From: Dehalococcoidia bacterium
GTDB taxonomy: Bacteria; Chloroflexota; Dehalococcoidia; Bin125
Direction of reading: 5' to 3'
Length of the DNA stretch: 64,000 nt
NCBI GenBank assembly: GCA_965242485.1
Contig: CBDESM010000003.1
Span: 639,337-703,336 of the forward strand
Part shown: one piece after another, positions 18,887 to 28,900 of the stretch
How positions within the stretch are numbered: the stretch's first letter is position 1
How the letters are laid out: each line of letters begins with the position of its first letter
Program-made: the position numbers and the translations under genes
Notes under the pieces: generated by a model
The model's input: the letters and a program-made list of their open reading frames with translations, nothing else
Told to the model about the DNA's origin: nothing
Databases searched by the model: none

Positions 18887-21800
18887 CCACTGCAACCACC
18901 ATTCCCGAGGTTGACGCGATGCCTGCTGGCGACGCGCTGGCGGCGTTTCATCCGTTGGTGCGGGATTGGTTCCGTTCGCGGTTTCGGACGGTGACTGATG
19001 CGCAGGGGGCGGGGTGGCCGGCGATCCGCTCGCGGGGGGATTGCCTGCTGGCAGCGCCGACGGGGTCGGGGAAAACGCTGGCGGCGTTTCTTTCGGGGAT
19101 CAATGGCCTGCTCGAGGAAGACGCCGACGGGGGGCTGCCGGATGAGCTGCGGATTCTCTACGTCTCGCCGTTGAAGGCGCTCTCGAACGACATCGAGCGG
19201 AACTTGCGGGAGCCGTTGGCGGAGCTGCGGGAGCTGGCGGAGGAGCGCGGGGAAGCGCCGCACCGCATCCGCGCGGCGCTGCGCACGGGGGACACGCCCG
19301 CGGCCGAGCGGCAGCGGATCGTCAAGCGGCCGCCGCACATCCTGATCACGACGCCGGAGTCGCTCTACCTGCTGCTGACGGCGGAGAAGTCGCGGGAGAT
19401 GCTGAAGACGGTCGAAACGGTGATCGTGGACGAGATCCACGCGGTGGTGCGCGACAAGCGCGGCTCGCACCTCGCGCTTTCGCTGGCGCGGCTGGACGAT
19501 CTGATCGAGACGGCCCGCGGCGAGCGGCCCGTGCGGATCGGGCTCTCGGCGACGCAGAAGCCGATGGACGAGATCGCCCGCTTCCTTACGGGCCTCGATG
19601 CGGAGCGCCGGCCGCTGCCCTGCAAGATCCTCGACCTCGGCCACCAGCGGCAGATCGAGCTGTGGCTGGAAACCACCGACGTGCCGCTCGAGGCGGTCGT
19701 TTCGCACGACCAGTGGGACGCGATCTACGGGCGCTTGGCCGAGCTGGCGGCGCAGCACCGGACGACGATCATCTTCGTCAACACGCGCGCCTTGGCCGAG
19801 CGGCTGGCGCACCGGATCAGCGAGCGGATCGGCAAGGAGCACGTGGCGGCGCACCACGGCTCGCTGGCCAAAGAGCGCCGGCACGCGATGGAGCAGCGGC
19901 TCAAGTCGGGCGATCTGCGCGCCGTCGTCGCCACCGCTTCGCTCGAACTCGGGATCGACGTCGGCTCGGTCGATCTCGTCTGCCAGGTCGGCTCGCCGCG
20001 CCGGATCGCGACCTTCCTCCAGCGCGTCGGGCGCTCCGGCCACGCGCTCGGGCGCGTGCCCAACGGCGCGCTCTTCCCGACCACGCTGGATGAACTGGTC
20101 GAGTGCGCCGCGATGGTCCGCGCCGTGCGCGACGGGCGGCTCGACCGCATCCGCCAGCCCGGCGCGCCGATCGAGGTGCTGGCGCAGCAGATCGTGGCCG
20201 AGATCGCGGCCCGTTCCGCCGATGATCCTTGGACCGAAGACGCGCTCTACGCGCGCTTCCGCCGCGCCACGCCCTATGCCGAGCTCGAGCGCGGCCGCTT
20301 CGACGAGACGGTCGAGATGCTGGCCGAAGGCGTGGGCGAGGGCGGCGGGCGCTCGCGGCCGCTGATCCACCGCGACCGCATCCACGGCCTGCTGCGGCCG
20401 CGGCGTTCCGCGCGCATCACCGCGCTGCTCAACGGCGGCGTGATCCCCGAAACCGGCGATTTCCGCGTGGTCAAGGAGCCGGAAGGCTCATTCGTGGGCA
20501 CGGTCAACGAGGATTTCGCGATCGAATCGCAGGCCGGCGACATCTTCCTGCTCGGCAGCACTTCCTGGCGGATCAAGCGGGTCGAGTCGAAGGGCGTCGT
20601 CCGCGTGATCGACGCGCAGGGAGCGCCGCCGACGATCCCGTTCTGGCTCGGCGAAGCGCCGGGGCGCAGTCCCGAGCTTTCCGAATCCGTCGGCCGCCTG
20701 CGCCGCGACGTGATCGCGCGGATCGACGACGCGGAGACCGCCTCGCGCGACCTCCAGCGCGAGTGCGGCATGTCGGCCTCGGCCGCGGCCCAGCTGATCG
20801 AGTACCTCGGCGCGGCGCACGACGCGCTCGGCATCATCCCGTCGGACCGGGACGTGCTGTTCGAGCGCTTCTTCGACGAGGCGGGCGGGCAGCAGCTGGT
20901 CGTCCACGCGCCCTTCGGCTCCGGCGTCAACCGCGCCTGGGGGCTGGCGCTGCGCAAGCGCTTCTGCGTGCGCTTCGACTTCGAGCTGCAGGCTGCGGCC
21001 AACGAGGAGGGGATCATCCTCTCGCTGGGGCCGTCGCAGTCGTTCCCGCTCGAGGAGGCGTTCGAGTACCTCAAGGCGGGCAACGCGGAACAGTCGCTGC
21101 GGCAGGCGGTGCTCTATGCGCCGTTTTGGAACACGCGCTGGCGCTGGGCGGCGACGCGGGCGCTGGCCGTGCCGCGGCGGCGCGGCGGCAGGGAAGTGCC
21201 GCCCAACTTGCAGCGGATGATCGCGGACGACCTGCTGGCTTCGGTCTTTCCGGCCCAAGTCGGCTGCCAGGAGAACCTCAGCGGGCCGCTGGAAGTGCCC
21301 GACCATCCGCTGATCGCGCAGACGATGGACGACTGCCTGCACGAGGCGGTCGACACCGACGGGCTGGTCGAGGTGCTGAAGCGGGTCGAGGCGGGCGAGA
21401 TCACGCTGCACGCGCGGGACACGGTGACGCCGTCGCCGCTGGCGCAGAGCATCATCAACGTCAATCCGTTCGGCTTCCTCGACGACGCGCCGCTGGAGGA
21501 GCGGCGGGCGCGCGCGGTGATGACCCGGCGCGGGCTGCCCGACAGCCAGCGCAAGCTGGCCCAGCTCGATCCCGACGCGATCGAGCGCGTGCGGGCCGAG
21601 GCCGCGCCGCCCGTGCGCGACACCGAGGAGCTGCATGATCTGCTCGCGAGCCAGGTGCTCGTAGCGGAACACGAGCTGCTCGAGCACCGCGAGCTGCTCG
21701 ACGCGCTGATCGCCGACGGCCGCGCGGCCCGCGCCCTCGCGGCGGACGGCCGCATCGCCTTCGCCACGGAAATGCTGCCGGCCGTCGAACTGCTGCTGCC

Positions 21801-23241
21801 CGGCGCGGAGATCGAGCCGCCGATCAGCCTGCCCGAAGGCGCTGCCGTACGCATCGCCGAGCGCGACGAGGCACGCCTGCGGCTGGTGCGCGGGCACTGC
21901 GAAATCTCCGGGCCGGTCTCGCCCGAGCAGCTGGCCGCGCGCTGCGGACTCGGCGCGGACGATCTCGAGTACGGGCTGCGGGCGCTGGAGGCGACGGGCG
22001 ACTTGATGCGCGGGCGCTACACGCCGGACTCGGCGGAGCCGGGCGCGCCGGAGGAGTACGTCGACCGGCGGCTGCTGGCGCGCATCCACCGCTACACGAT
22101 CGGGCGGCTGCGACGGGAGATCGAGCCGGTTTCGGCAGCCGACTACCTGCGCTTCCTGCTGCGCTGGCAGCATTTGGCGCCGGGCTCGCGGCTGCAGGGG
22201 AAGGCCGGGGTGCGCGCGGCGATCGCGCGGCTGGAGGGCTTCGAAGCGCCGGCGCGGGCTTGGGAGCACGAGCTGCTGGCGGCGCGGGTCGAGGACTACC
22301 GCGCGGCCTGGCTGGACGAATTGTGCCTCGCGGGCGAGGTCGCTTGGGCGCGGCTGACCCCGCGTCCGCCCAAGAACGGGCGCGGCGGCGTGCCGACCAA
22401 GGCGACGCCGATCACGCTGGCGCTGCGGCGCGACTTCCAAACGCTGCTGGCCGCGGTGCGGCGCGCACCGCCACCCAAGCCGGCGCGGGGACGCTCGGCT
22501 TCGCGCGACGAGCCCGACGCGATGGATGAGATCGCCGCATCCGGCGGCGCGGCGGCCGCGATTCTCGCCGCTCTGCGGGAGCGGGGCGCGCTCTTCTTCG
22601 ATGAGATCGTCGAGCAGTCGGGACGCCGCATCGCCACCGACGTTGAGAACGGGCTGCGCGAGCTGGTCGCGGCGGGTCTGGCGCGGGCGGACGGGTTCCA
22701 AGGGCTGCGGCAGCTGATCCGCCCGGCCTCGGCGGCGCGGCGCAGGCGGCGGCCGCGCTACGGGGGCGGCGGCGCGTTCATCGGCGAGGGCCCGGCCGGG
22801 CGCTGGTCGGCGCTGCCCGCGGAGATCGCGCCGGCGGAGGATTACATCGAGGCCGACGAGCACGCGGAGCGGATCGCGAACATCCTGCTCCAGCGCTACG
22901 GCGTCCTCAGCCGCGAGCTGCTCACCCGCGAGTCGCTGGCGCTGCCCTGGCGCGAAATCCTCCGCGCCCTGCGCCGAATGGAAGCCAGCGGCGAAATCCG
23001 CGGCGGCCGCTTCATCCAAGGCCTGATCGGCGAGCAGTTCGCCCTCCCCGAAGCCATCGACCAAATGCGCAGCCTCCGCCGAGCAAAAAAAGAAGACGAG
23101 CGAGTAGAGGTCCCCGCAGCAGACCCAGCCAACCTGGTAGGCGTCCTAGTCCCCGGCAAGAAGGTCCCCGCAAGGGCAGGCGCGAAGATCACATTCAAAA
23201 ACGGCGTGGCCAACGAGGATGCTCCGGGGGCGCTAGAATGA
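18883..23241 (+). CDS. lhr: Lhr family ATP-dependent helicase, full length
   Basis: helicase motifs plus DEAD_assoc and C-terminal winged-helix region (EIRGGRF..G..GEQFA, AADPANL). Confidence 0.92.
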   Translation: MTTATTIPEVDAMPAGDALAAFHPLVRDWFRSRFRTVTDAQGAGWPAIRSRGDCLLAAPTGSGKTLAAFLSGINGLLEEDADGGLPDELRILYVSPLKALSNDIERNLREPLAELRELAEERGEAPHRIRAALRTGDTPAAERQRIVKRPPHILITTPESLYLLLTAEKSREMLKTVETVIVDEIHAVVRDKRGSHLALSLARLDDLIETARGERPVRIGLSATQKPMDEIARFLTGLDAERRPLPCKILDLGHQRQIELWLETTDVPLEAVVSHDQWDAIYGRLAELAAQHRTTIIFVNTRALAERLAHRISERIGKEHVAAHHGSLAKERRHAMEQRLKSGDLRAVVATASLELGIDVGSVDLVCQVGSPRRIATFLQRVGRSGHALGRVPNGALFPTTLDELVECAAMVRAVRDGRLDRIRQPGAPIEVLAQQIVAEIAARSADDPWTEDALYARFRRATPYAELERGRFDETVEMLAEGVGEGGGRSRPLIHRDRIHGLLRPRRSARITALLNGGVIPETGDFRVVKEPEGSFVGTVNEDFAIESQAGDIFLLGSTSWRIKRVESKGVVRVIDAQGAPPTIPFWLGEAPGRSPELSESVGRLRRDVIARIDDAETASRDLQRECGMSASAAAQLIEYLGAAHDALGIIPSDRDVLFERFFDEAGGQQLVVHAPFGSGVNRAWGLALRKRFCVRFDFELQAAANEEGIILSLGPSQSFPLEEAFEYLKAGNAEQSLRQAVLYAPFWNTRWRWAATRALAVPRRRGGREVPPNLQRMIADDLLASVFPAQVGCQENLSGPLEVPDHPLIAQTMDDCLHEAVDTDGLVEVLKRVEAGEITLHARDTVTPSPLAQSIINVNPFGFLDDAPLEERRARAVMTRRGLPDSQRKLAQLDPDAIERVRAEAAPPVRDTEELHDLLASQVLVAEHELLEHRELLDALIADGRAARALAADGRIAFATEMLPAVELLLPGAEIEPPISLPEGAAVRIAERDEARLRLVRGHCEISGPVSPEQLAARCGLGADDLEYGLRALEATGDLMRGRYTPDSAEPGAPEEYVDRRLLARIHRYTIGRLRREIEPVSAADYLRFLLRWQHLAPGSRLQGKAGVRAAIARLEGFEAPARAWEHELLAARVEDYRAAWLDELCLAGEVAWARLTPRPPKNGRGGVPTKATPITLALRRDFQTLLAAVRRAPPPKPARGRSASRDEPDAMDEIAASGGAAAAILAALRERGALFFDEIVEQSGRRIATDVENGLRELVAAGLARADGFQGLRQLIRPASAARRRRRPRYGGGGAFIGEGPAGRWSALPAEIAPAEDYIEADEHAERIANILLQRYGVLSRELLTRESLALPWREILRALRRMEASGEIRGGRFIQGLIGEQFALPEAIDQMRSLRRAKKEDERVEVPAADPANLVGVLVPGKKVPARAGAKITFKNGVANEDAPGALE

Positions 23242-23261
23242 TGGAGGACGGGAGGGAAGAC

Positions 23262-23426
23262 ATGGCCAAGGGCAGGAAGCGGATCACGGATGAGGAATTC
23301 GAGCGGATGAAGGAAATGTGGGCCAACGAGAAGAGCTACGCGGACATGACGTGGGAAGAGATCGAGGAGCACTTCCGCGAGCTGGGGCTGCCGCCGCCGG
23401 CACCGCTGCGCAAGGTGGCGTTCTAG
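23262..23426 (+). CDS. small protein S1 of the S/M module family
   Basis: 54 aa, GGAGG RBS, upstream TAGAAT; RITDEEFERMKEMWANEKSYADMTWEEIEEHFRELGLPPP. Confidence 0.8.
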   Translation: MAKGRKRITDEEFERMKEMWANEKSYADMTWEEIEEHFRELGLPPPAPLRKVAF

Positions 23427-23435
23427 CGCGACGCG

Positions 23436-23945
23436 TTAGTCGAACAGGGTCGACAACACCGTCGCCACGGCGAGTACTGCATCCGCGAACGCGCTGATCT
23501 GGGCGGCGCGGGCCCAGCGACGGGTGCTATCGACGACTCCTTCGTTGACGTCATAAGCGATGATCATCTGCTCGACGGCCCAATTCCGGGCGGCTTTCGA
23601 TCCGGCGTCTCGCTTGATCTGGCGCACTTGCCGCGCGGTCGGGCCGCGGTGGCCGAGATTCTTGCCGATGGCGACCGTCGTGCAGCCGACGCTGAAGAGG
23701 AAGACGAGCAGCGTCGCGACGGCTAGGGCGAGCTGATAGTCGCGCGGCTCCTGGGAGATCAGGACGAAGGCGATGGCGGAAAAGCCGACGATGACCGAGA
23801 TCAGCGCCGCGGTGACGGGCAGGCGCGCCAAGAGGCCTTGGAAGCGGGCCGTCTGATCTTCCTGCTGGTTTTCGGCGAAGCGGAGATCTAGATCGTCGTC
23901 CTCATCTTCGTACTCTTCCTCCGGGACATCGGCTTCGGGGGGCAT
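23436..23945 (-). CDS. 3-TM membrane protein M1 of the S/M module family
   Basis: 169 aa; acidic N-terminus, three hydrophobic helices; four paralogs in the window. Confidence 0.8.
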   Translation of the reverse strand: MPPEADVPEEEYEDEDDDLDLRFAENQQEDQTARFQGLLARLPVTAALISVIVGFSAIAFVLISQEPRDYQLALAVATLLVFLFSVGCTTVAIGKNLGHRGPTARQVRQIKRDAGSKAARNWAVEQMIIAYDVNEGVVDSTRRWARAAQISAFADAVLAVATVLSTLFD

Positions 23946-24008
23946 TCGGGGACTCTAAACCGGGCGGAGGGCGACGGGGCTAGAATGGAGATGGACGGGA
24001 GGGCGCAT

Positions 24009-24179
24009 ATGGCAGAGAAGCGGATCGGGCGGATCACGGATGAGGAGTTCGAGCGGATCAAGGAGGAGTGGGCGAAGCCGCGCAAGAGCTACGCGGACAT
24101 GACCTGGGAAGAGATCGAGGAGCACTTCCGCGAGCTGGGGCTGCCGCCGCCGGCACCGCTGCGCAAGGTGGCGCTCTAG
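24009..24179 (+). CDS. small protein S2 (orphan)
   Basis: paralog of S1 with RBS and TAGAAT. Confidence 0.8.
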   Translation: MAEKRIGRITDEEFERIKEEWAKPRKSYADMTWEEIEEHFRELGLPPPAPLRKVAL

Positions 24180-24249
24180 GGCAGCGCGCCGGTTCGGTGT
24201 CGCCGGGGCTGCTCCGGCAGCGCTAGAATGATGGGACGGGAGGGAAGGC

Positions 24250-24417
24250 ATGGCTAAGCGCAGGAGGCGGATCACGGACGAGGAGTTCGATCGGATGAAG
24301 GAGGAGTGGGCGAAGCCGCGCAAGAGCTACGCGGAGATGACGTGGGAAGAGATCGAGGAGCACTTCCGCGAGCTGGGGCTGCCGCCGCCGGAGCCGCCGC
24401 GGAAGGTCTACTTTTAG
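24250..24417 (+). CDS. small protein S3 (not in ORF track)
   Basis: read manually: MAKRRRRITDEEFDRMKEEWAKPRKSYAEMTWEEIEEHFRELGLPPPEPPRKVYF. Confidence 0.8.
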   Translation: MAKRRRRITDEEFDRMKEEWAKPRKSYAEMTWEEIEEHFRELGLPPPEPPRKVYF

Positions 24418-24426
24418 ACCTTCCGG

Positions 24427-24936
24427 CTAGGCGAACAGCACCGACATCACCGTCGCCACCGCGAGCATTGCGTCGACGAGCGCGCTGATCTGCGCCGCCC
24501 GGGCCCAGCGCCTGGTGCTGGCAATCGCCAGTTCGTTGATCTCAAAGTCAATGTCCATCTGCTTGATGACCCAACTGCGGGCGACGCTGCGCCCGTCGCT
24601 CCTTTCGAGATCCAGGACCCGCATCGGCGATGGGCCGCTTTGCCGCAGGTTTCCTTGGAGGGCGACAGTGGTGCAGCTCACGCTGATGAGGAAGACGATC
24701 AGCGTGGCCGCCCCCAAGGCCAGCTGGTGGGGGGCGGGATCCTGAGTCAGCAGAGCGAAGGCGATCGCTGAAAATCCGACGATGACCGAGATCAACGCCG
24801 CGGTGACGGGCAGGCGGGCGAGCAGGCTTTGGAAGCGCGCTGATTGATCATCCTGCCGGCGCTCCGACATGCGGAGGGCCAGCTCGCCGTCGGCATCGTC
24901 CTGCTCTTCCTCCGGGACATCGGCGTCTGGGGGCAT
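24427..24936 (-). CDS. 3-TM membrane protein M2
   Basis: 169 aa paralog of M1. Confidence 0.8.
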   Translation of the reverse strand: MPPDADVPEEEQDDADGELALRMSERRQDDQSARFQSLLARLPVTAALISVIVGFSAIAFALLTQDPAPHQLALGAATLIVFLISVSCTTVALQGNLRQSGPSPMRVLDLERSDGRSVARSWVIKQMDIDFEINELAIASTRRWARAAQISALVDAMLAVATVMSVLFA

Positions 24937-24989
24937 TCGGGGACTTTAGACCCGACGGGGCTAGAATGGAGATGGACGTGAGGGAAAAC

Positions 24990-25154
24990 ATGGCTAAGCG
25001 CAGAAAGCGGATCACGGACGAGGAATTCGAGCGGATGAAGGAAATGTGGGCGAACGAGAAGAGCTACGCGGACATGACGTGGGAGGAGATCGAGGAGCAC
25101 TTCCGCGAGCTGGGGCTGCCGCCGCCGGAGCCGCTGGAGAAGGTGGCGTTCTAG
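24990..25154 (+). CDS. small protein S4 (orphan)
   Basis: near-identical to S1 (MKEMWANEKSY). Confidence 0.8.
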   Translation: MAKRRKRITDEEFERMKEMWANEKSYADMTWEEIEEHFRELGLPPPEPLEKVAF

Positions 25155-25224
25155 CGCGATGCGCTAGTCGGTGCTGACGGGGGTGCTCCGGCGGCGCTAG
25201 AATGATGGGGACGGGAGGGAAGTC

Positions 25225-25386
25225 ATGGCTCGGAAGCGGATCACGGACGAGGAATTCGATCGGATGAAGGAGGAGTGGGCGAAGCCGCGCAAGAGCTACG
25301 CGGACATGACTTGGGAAGAGGTCGAGGAGCGGTTCCGCGAGCTGGGGCTGCCGCCGCCGGAGCCGCCCGAGAAGGTCGCGATCTAG
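25225..25386 (+). CDS. small protein S5 (not in ORF track)
   Basis: read manually: MARKRITDEEFDRMKEEWAKPRKSYADMTWEEVEERFRELGLPPPEPPEKVAI. Confidence 0.8.
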   Translation: MARKRITDEEFDRMKEEWAKPRKSYADMTWEEVEERFRELGLPPPEPPEKVAI

Positions 25387-25395
25387 GCCTTCCGG

Positions 25396-25905
25396 CTAGG
25401 TGAACAACACCGACATCACCGTCGCGACTGCGAGCACCGCATCGATGAAGGCGCTGATCTGCGCCGCCCGGGCCCAGCGACTGGTGCTGGCAATGATCGG
25501 CTTGTTGTTTTCATAGTCAAAGGTCATCTGCTCGATCACCCATGCGCGGGCGACGCTCGGGCCGGCGCTCCTCTCGAGGTTCAGCACTCGCAGCGGGGAT
25601 GGGCCGCGGTAGGTCAGATTCTTCTGCAAGGCGACGGTGGTGCAGCCCACGCTGATGAGGAAGACGATCAGCGTGGCTGCCCCCAAGGATATCTGGTGCG
25701 AGCCGGGATCCTGCGCCAGCAGGGCGAAGGCGATCGCTGAGAAACCGACGATGACGGAGATCAGGGCGGCGGTGATCGGCAGGCGCGCTAAGAGGCCTTG
25801 GAAACGCGCCGTCTGGTCGTCTTCGCGGCGTTCGGCCATGCGGAGGGCCAGCTCGCCGTCGGCGTCCTCCTGCTCTTCCTCCGGGGCGTCGGTTTCGGGG
25901 GGCAT
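25396..25905 (-). CDS. 3-TM membrane protein M3
   Basis: 169 aa paralog of M1/M2. Confidence 0.8.
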   Translation of the reverse strand: MPPETDAPEEEQEDADGELALRMAERREDDQTARFQGLLARLPITAALISVIVGFSAIAFALLAQDPGSHQISLGAATLIVFLISVGCTTVALQKNLTYRGPSPLRVLNLERSAGPSVARAWVIEQMTFDYENNKPIIASTSRWARAAQISAFIDAVLAVATVMSVLFT

Positions 25906-25929
25906 TCGGGGACTCTAGGATACGGGAAT

Positions 25930-25965
25930 CAGAGAGCCCCCGCCTTGCCGGGCGGGGGCTCTCTG
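25930..25965 (-). terminator. hairpin terminator downstream of the large surface-protein gene
   Basis: perfect 15-bp inverted repeat CAGAGAGCCCCCGCC-ttgccg-GGCGGGGGCTCTCTG. Confidence 0.75.
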
Positions 25966-25991
25966 GGTGGGCCGCTCTTGGCGACGCTGGG

Positions 25992-28900
25992 TTACTGGCT
26001 GGCGGCGAACCAGAGGTAGTCGCCTTCGATGATGGTGAAGTTGGCGGCGCTGCCGGGGAGCTCGGCGCCTTCGGGGCCGGTGGCGTATTGGATCCAGCGG
26101 CGGCCGTTGTGCAGCCAGAGCACGTCGGCGCCCTCGACCAGCGCCAGCGCTTGCGAGGCGCTGCCGGCCGTCTCGCCGCGCCAGCTCGAGATCACGCCCA
26201 GCGCCGGCATCCCGTCGGCGCTCTGGAACTCGATCGGGCCGCCGTAGGCCTCGTCGGGCAGCGCCGCCGTCCGCGTGTCCAGCACGACCCCGCCCGACGT
26301 CGCGTCCGTCGTCAGCGAGTCGCCGCTGCCCGAAACCGCGCTCACGCTCAGCACTCCGCGGCCCCGCGCGATCACGGTCAGGTTCGCCGACACCATCCCG
26401 TTCTTCGTCTTCGCCGAAGCGACCCCGTCGCTGTCCTCGTTCGGCTTCGAGATCAGCACCACGTCGCTCGTCGTCGCGACCACGCCGCGCGCGTCCAGCC
26501 GCACTTCCGTGCCGTCGGCCACGGGGATGCCGTTCGAGTCCAGCACCGCGATCGTGACCGGCCAGTTGCCGCCCACGCCGGGCAGCTCGCCCAGCTCGAC
26601 GTTGATCGTCTTCGCCTTGCCGGCCAGCGTGACCGGCACGTCGAGGTCCGCGATCCCGCTGCCGCTCACCTTGGCGATGTAGTCGCCCGAAGCCAGCGGC
26701 GCGGCGGCCGACTGGTTGATGTTGATCACCAGGCTGCAGTTGGTCCGCTCCGGGTTCGCGCAGTCGATCGTCGCCACGTAGGCGCTGCTGGGCACGGCCG
26801 CGCCGGCCGCGCTCTTCAGCTCCGCCTTCGCGTTGCGCGGCATCGCCGCCGCGTTGCCCGCCGCATCGCTCGCGCCGATCTTGATCGTCGCCGTGTCGCG
26901 GTCGTCCTTCGCGTCGCCCGAATCCGGCGTGTCGAACGAAAGCAGCCGCGGCTCATCGCCGCTCACCGCGATGCTCGACGCGGTCCCGCTGATCACCAGC
27001 TCCAGCGGCTCGGCCGAGTAGGTGCTCCCGTCGTTCCCGATCACCGTCGCCACGATCCGCGTGTTGCCGGCCGTAGTCGGCGCTTTGAACCTGAGCGGAA
27101 TCGCGCCGATCACGCCGGGGGTCGCGCCCGCGGCCACCCGCAGGCTGTCCGCCGCGGTGCCGCCGTCGGTCATGCTGGTGAAGGAGACCGTGCAGGTCGG
27201 CGCGAAGCTGCCGGGGCAGTAGTCGCCCCTGCCTTCTTCGTCTCCGCCGTCGATCTGGCCGCCGCCGATCACGCTGATCGTGATCGCCGAGAGCGCCGTG
27301 ATCTGCGAGGGCGCGTTCTCCGCGTTGCGAATCGAGAGCACCACGGCCTTGGCCTCGGGGTCGCCCACGCGGATCGTCCCGGTCGGCACGACCCCGCCGA
27401 CGGGCGCGCGGCTCAGCGTCACCGTCTCGATCTGCTTGACCGCGCCGACCCGCAGCCGCGCCTGGCCGAACGCCATCACGCCCTGGTACTGCATCGTGCC
27501 CGTCGGCAGCTCGTAGAACGCCGGCACGCTGCCCTCCGGCACCGAAGCGGTCGGGTCATCCGCCGTCAAGCGCCAGACCGGCACGTTGCCGGTCACCACG
27601 ATGTCATCGTCGCCCGCATCCGCGTCGACCCGCACCTTCGGCGCGCCGCCGTCCTCGTTGGTCATGTAGCAGCTGACCAGGCCCGCGTCGTCGGCCGAGC
27701 CGGTCGCGCCCCGGCGGTCGACGCAGTTGATGTGGTTGTAGCCCTCTTCGCTGAGCGACAGGCGCTTGCCGCCGTTCTCGTCCCAGACCGCGGGGCCGTT
27801 GAGCACCAGGTAGCCGTCGCCGAAGCCCTGCTCGCGCAGGTCGATCCCGCCGCTGCCCAGCGTCGCGTCGAGCCCCTCGTAGGCGGTCGCGTACCAGAAG
27901 CCGCTGACCGAGCCGTGGAAGCGCTGCGTCGCCTCGTCCTGCGCGTGGTAGCCCACCGCCACCTGCGCCACCTGCGACGCGCCCAGCCGCCCGTCCGCGT
28001 CGTCCGGCAGCCAAGCGATCACCCGCGCCGAGCCCTCGCCGTTCCCGCTCGGAGCCTTGGCCACGTACTCGGGAATCGGGTTGTTGACGAAGGTGCCGTC
28101 CTTGATCCGGCCGCTGAGCGTGATGTCTTCCGGGTTCTCGGTGTCATGCACGACCCGCAGGATCATGGGCGTCATGTGCATGAGATCCCACCCGTAGCCC
28201 GTCTCCAATGTGCGGCCGCGGAGCATGGCTTGCATCAACGTGCCCAGCCGGTCTTCCGGATCGGCGCCATCGGGATCGTTGAGGTGGCAGTCCGTCCCCT
28301 CGTCGGTCGTGCCGTCGTCGCTGCACTCCCAGTCCGTGTAGAGCAGACGCACCGTGCCCTTGCCCTTGACGTTCAGGGTGATCCTGTCAGCGTTCGACGC
28401 GCTGCCGCCGGTTTGGAAGTCGGAAAGGCGGACGGTGGTCATGTACTCGCCGTCGATGGCGCTCGCGGGGAGGCTGGTCTCCCGCATGAGGCCGATCCGC
28501 AGCGCCAAGTCGCCGCTGCTCCCGTAGGCGCCGATCCGGCCTTGCGGGCCCGCCTCATTCACATCGGGGGTGTCAGCATCGTTGTCCCGTCTCTTGCTGA
28601 AGGCATTGGCCGGGTTCGGCGATGCGAATTGGTACTGGCCGCTGGCGACTTCGGTTTCGCCCTTCATGTAGCGGACGTAGACGATGCCGTCGGTGGCCCA
28701 AGCGGAAGAGGGCGGGGTGCGGATCTCGCCGGCGAGGTAGTTGACGAACGGACCGACCGTCCCGTCGTAGTTGCCGCTGGTGTCGCCGAAGGATTTCTTG
28801 TTGTAGGTGCAGATGCCGAGTTGGTCGTTGCCGCTGCGCCAAGCGTCGACGAAGGGGCTCTCCACGCCGGCCCCGACGGGCGGACTCGAGACCGGGCAGA

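Noticed and set aside
23238-25905. CRISPR array or integron cassette array as the explanation for the repeats
   Set aside because: Repeats are full coding units with RBS and variable spacing; no constant short repeat with unique spacers, no recognisable attC structure, and no cas or integrase gene in the window.
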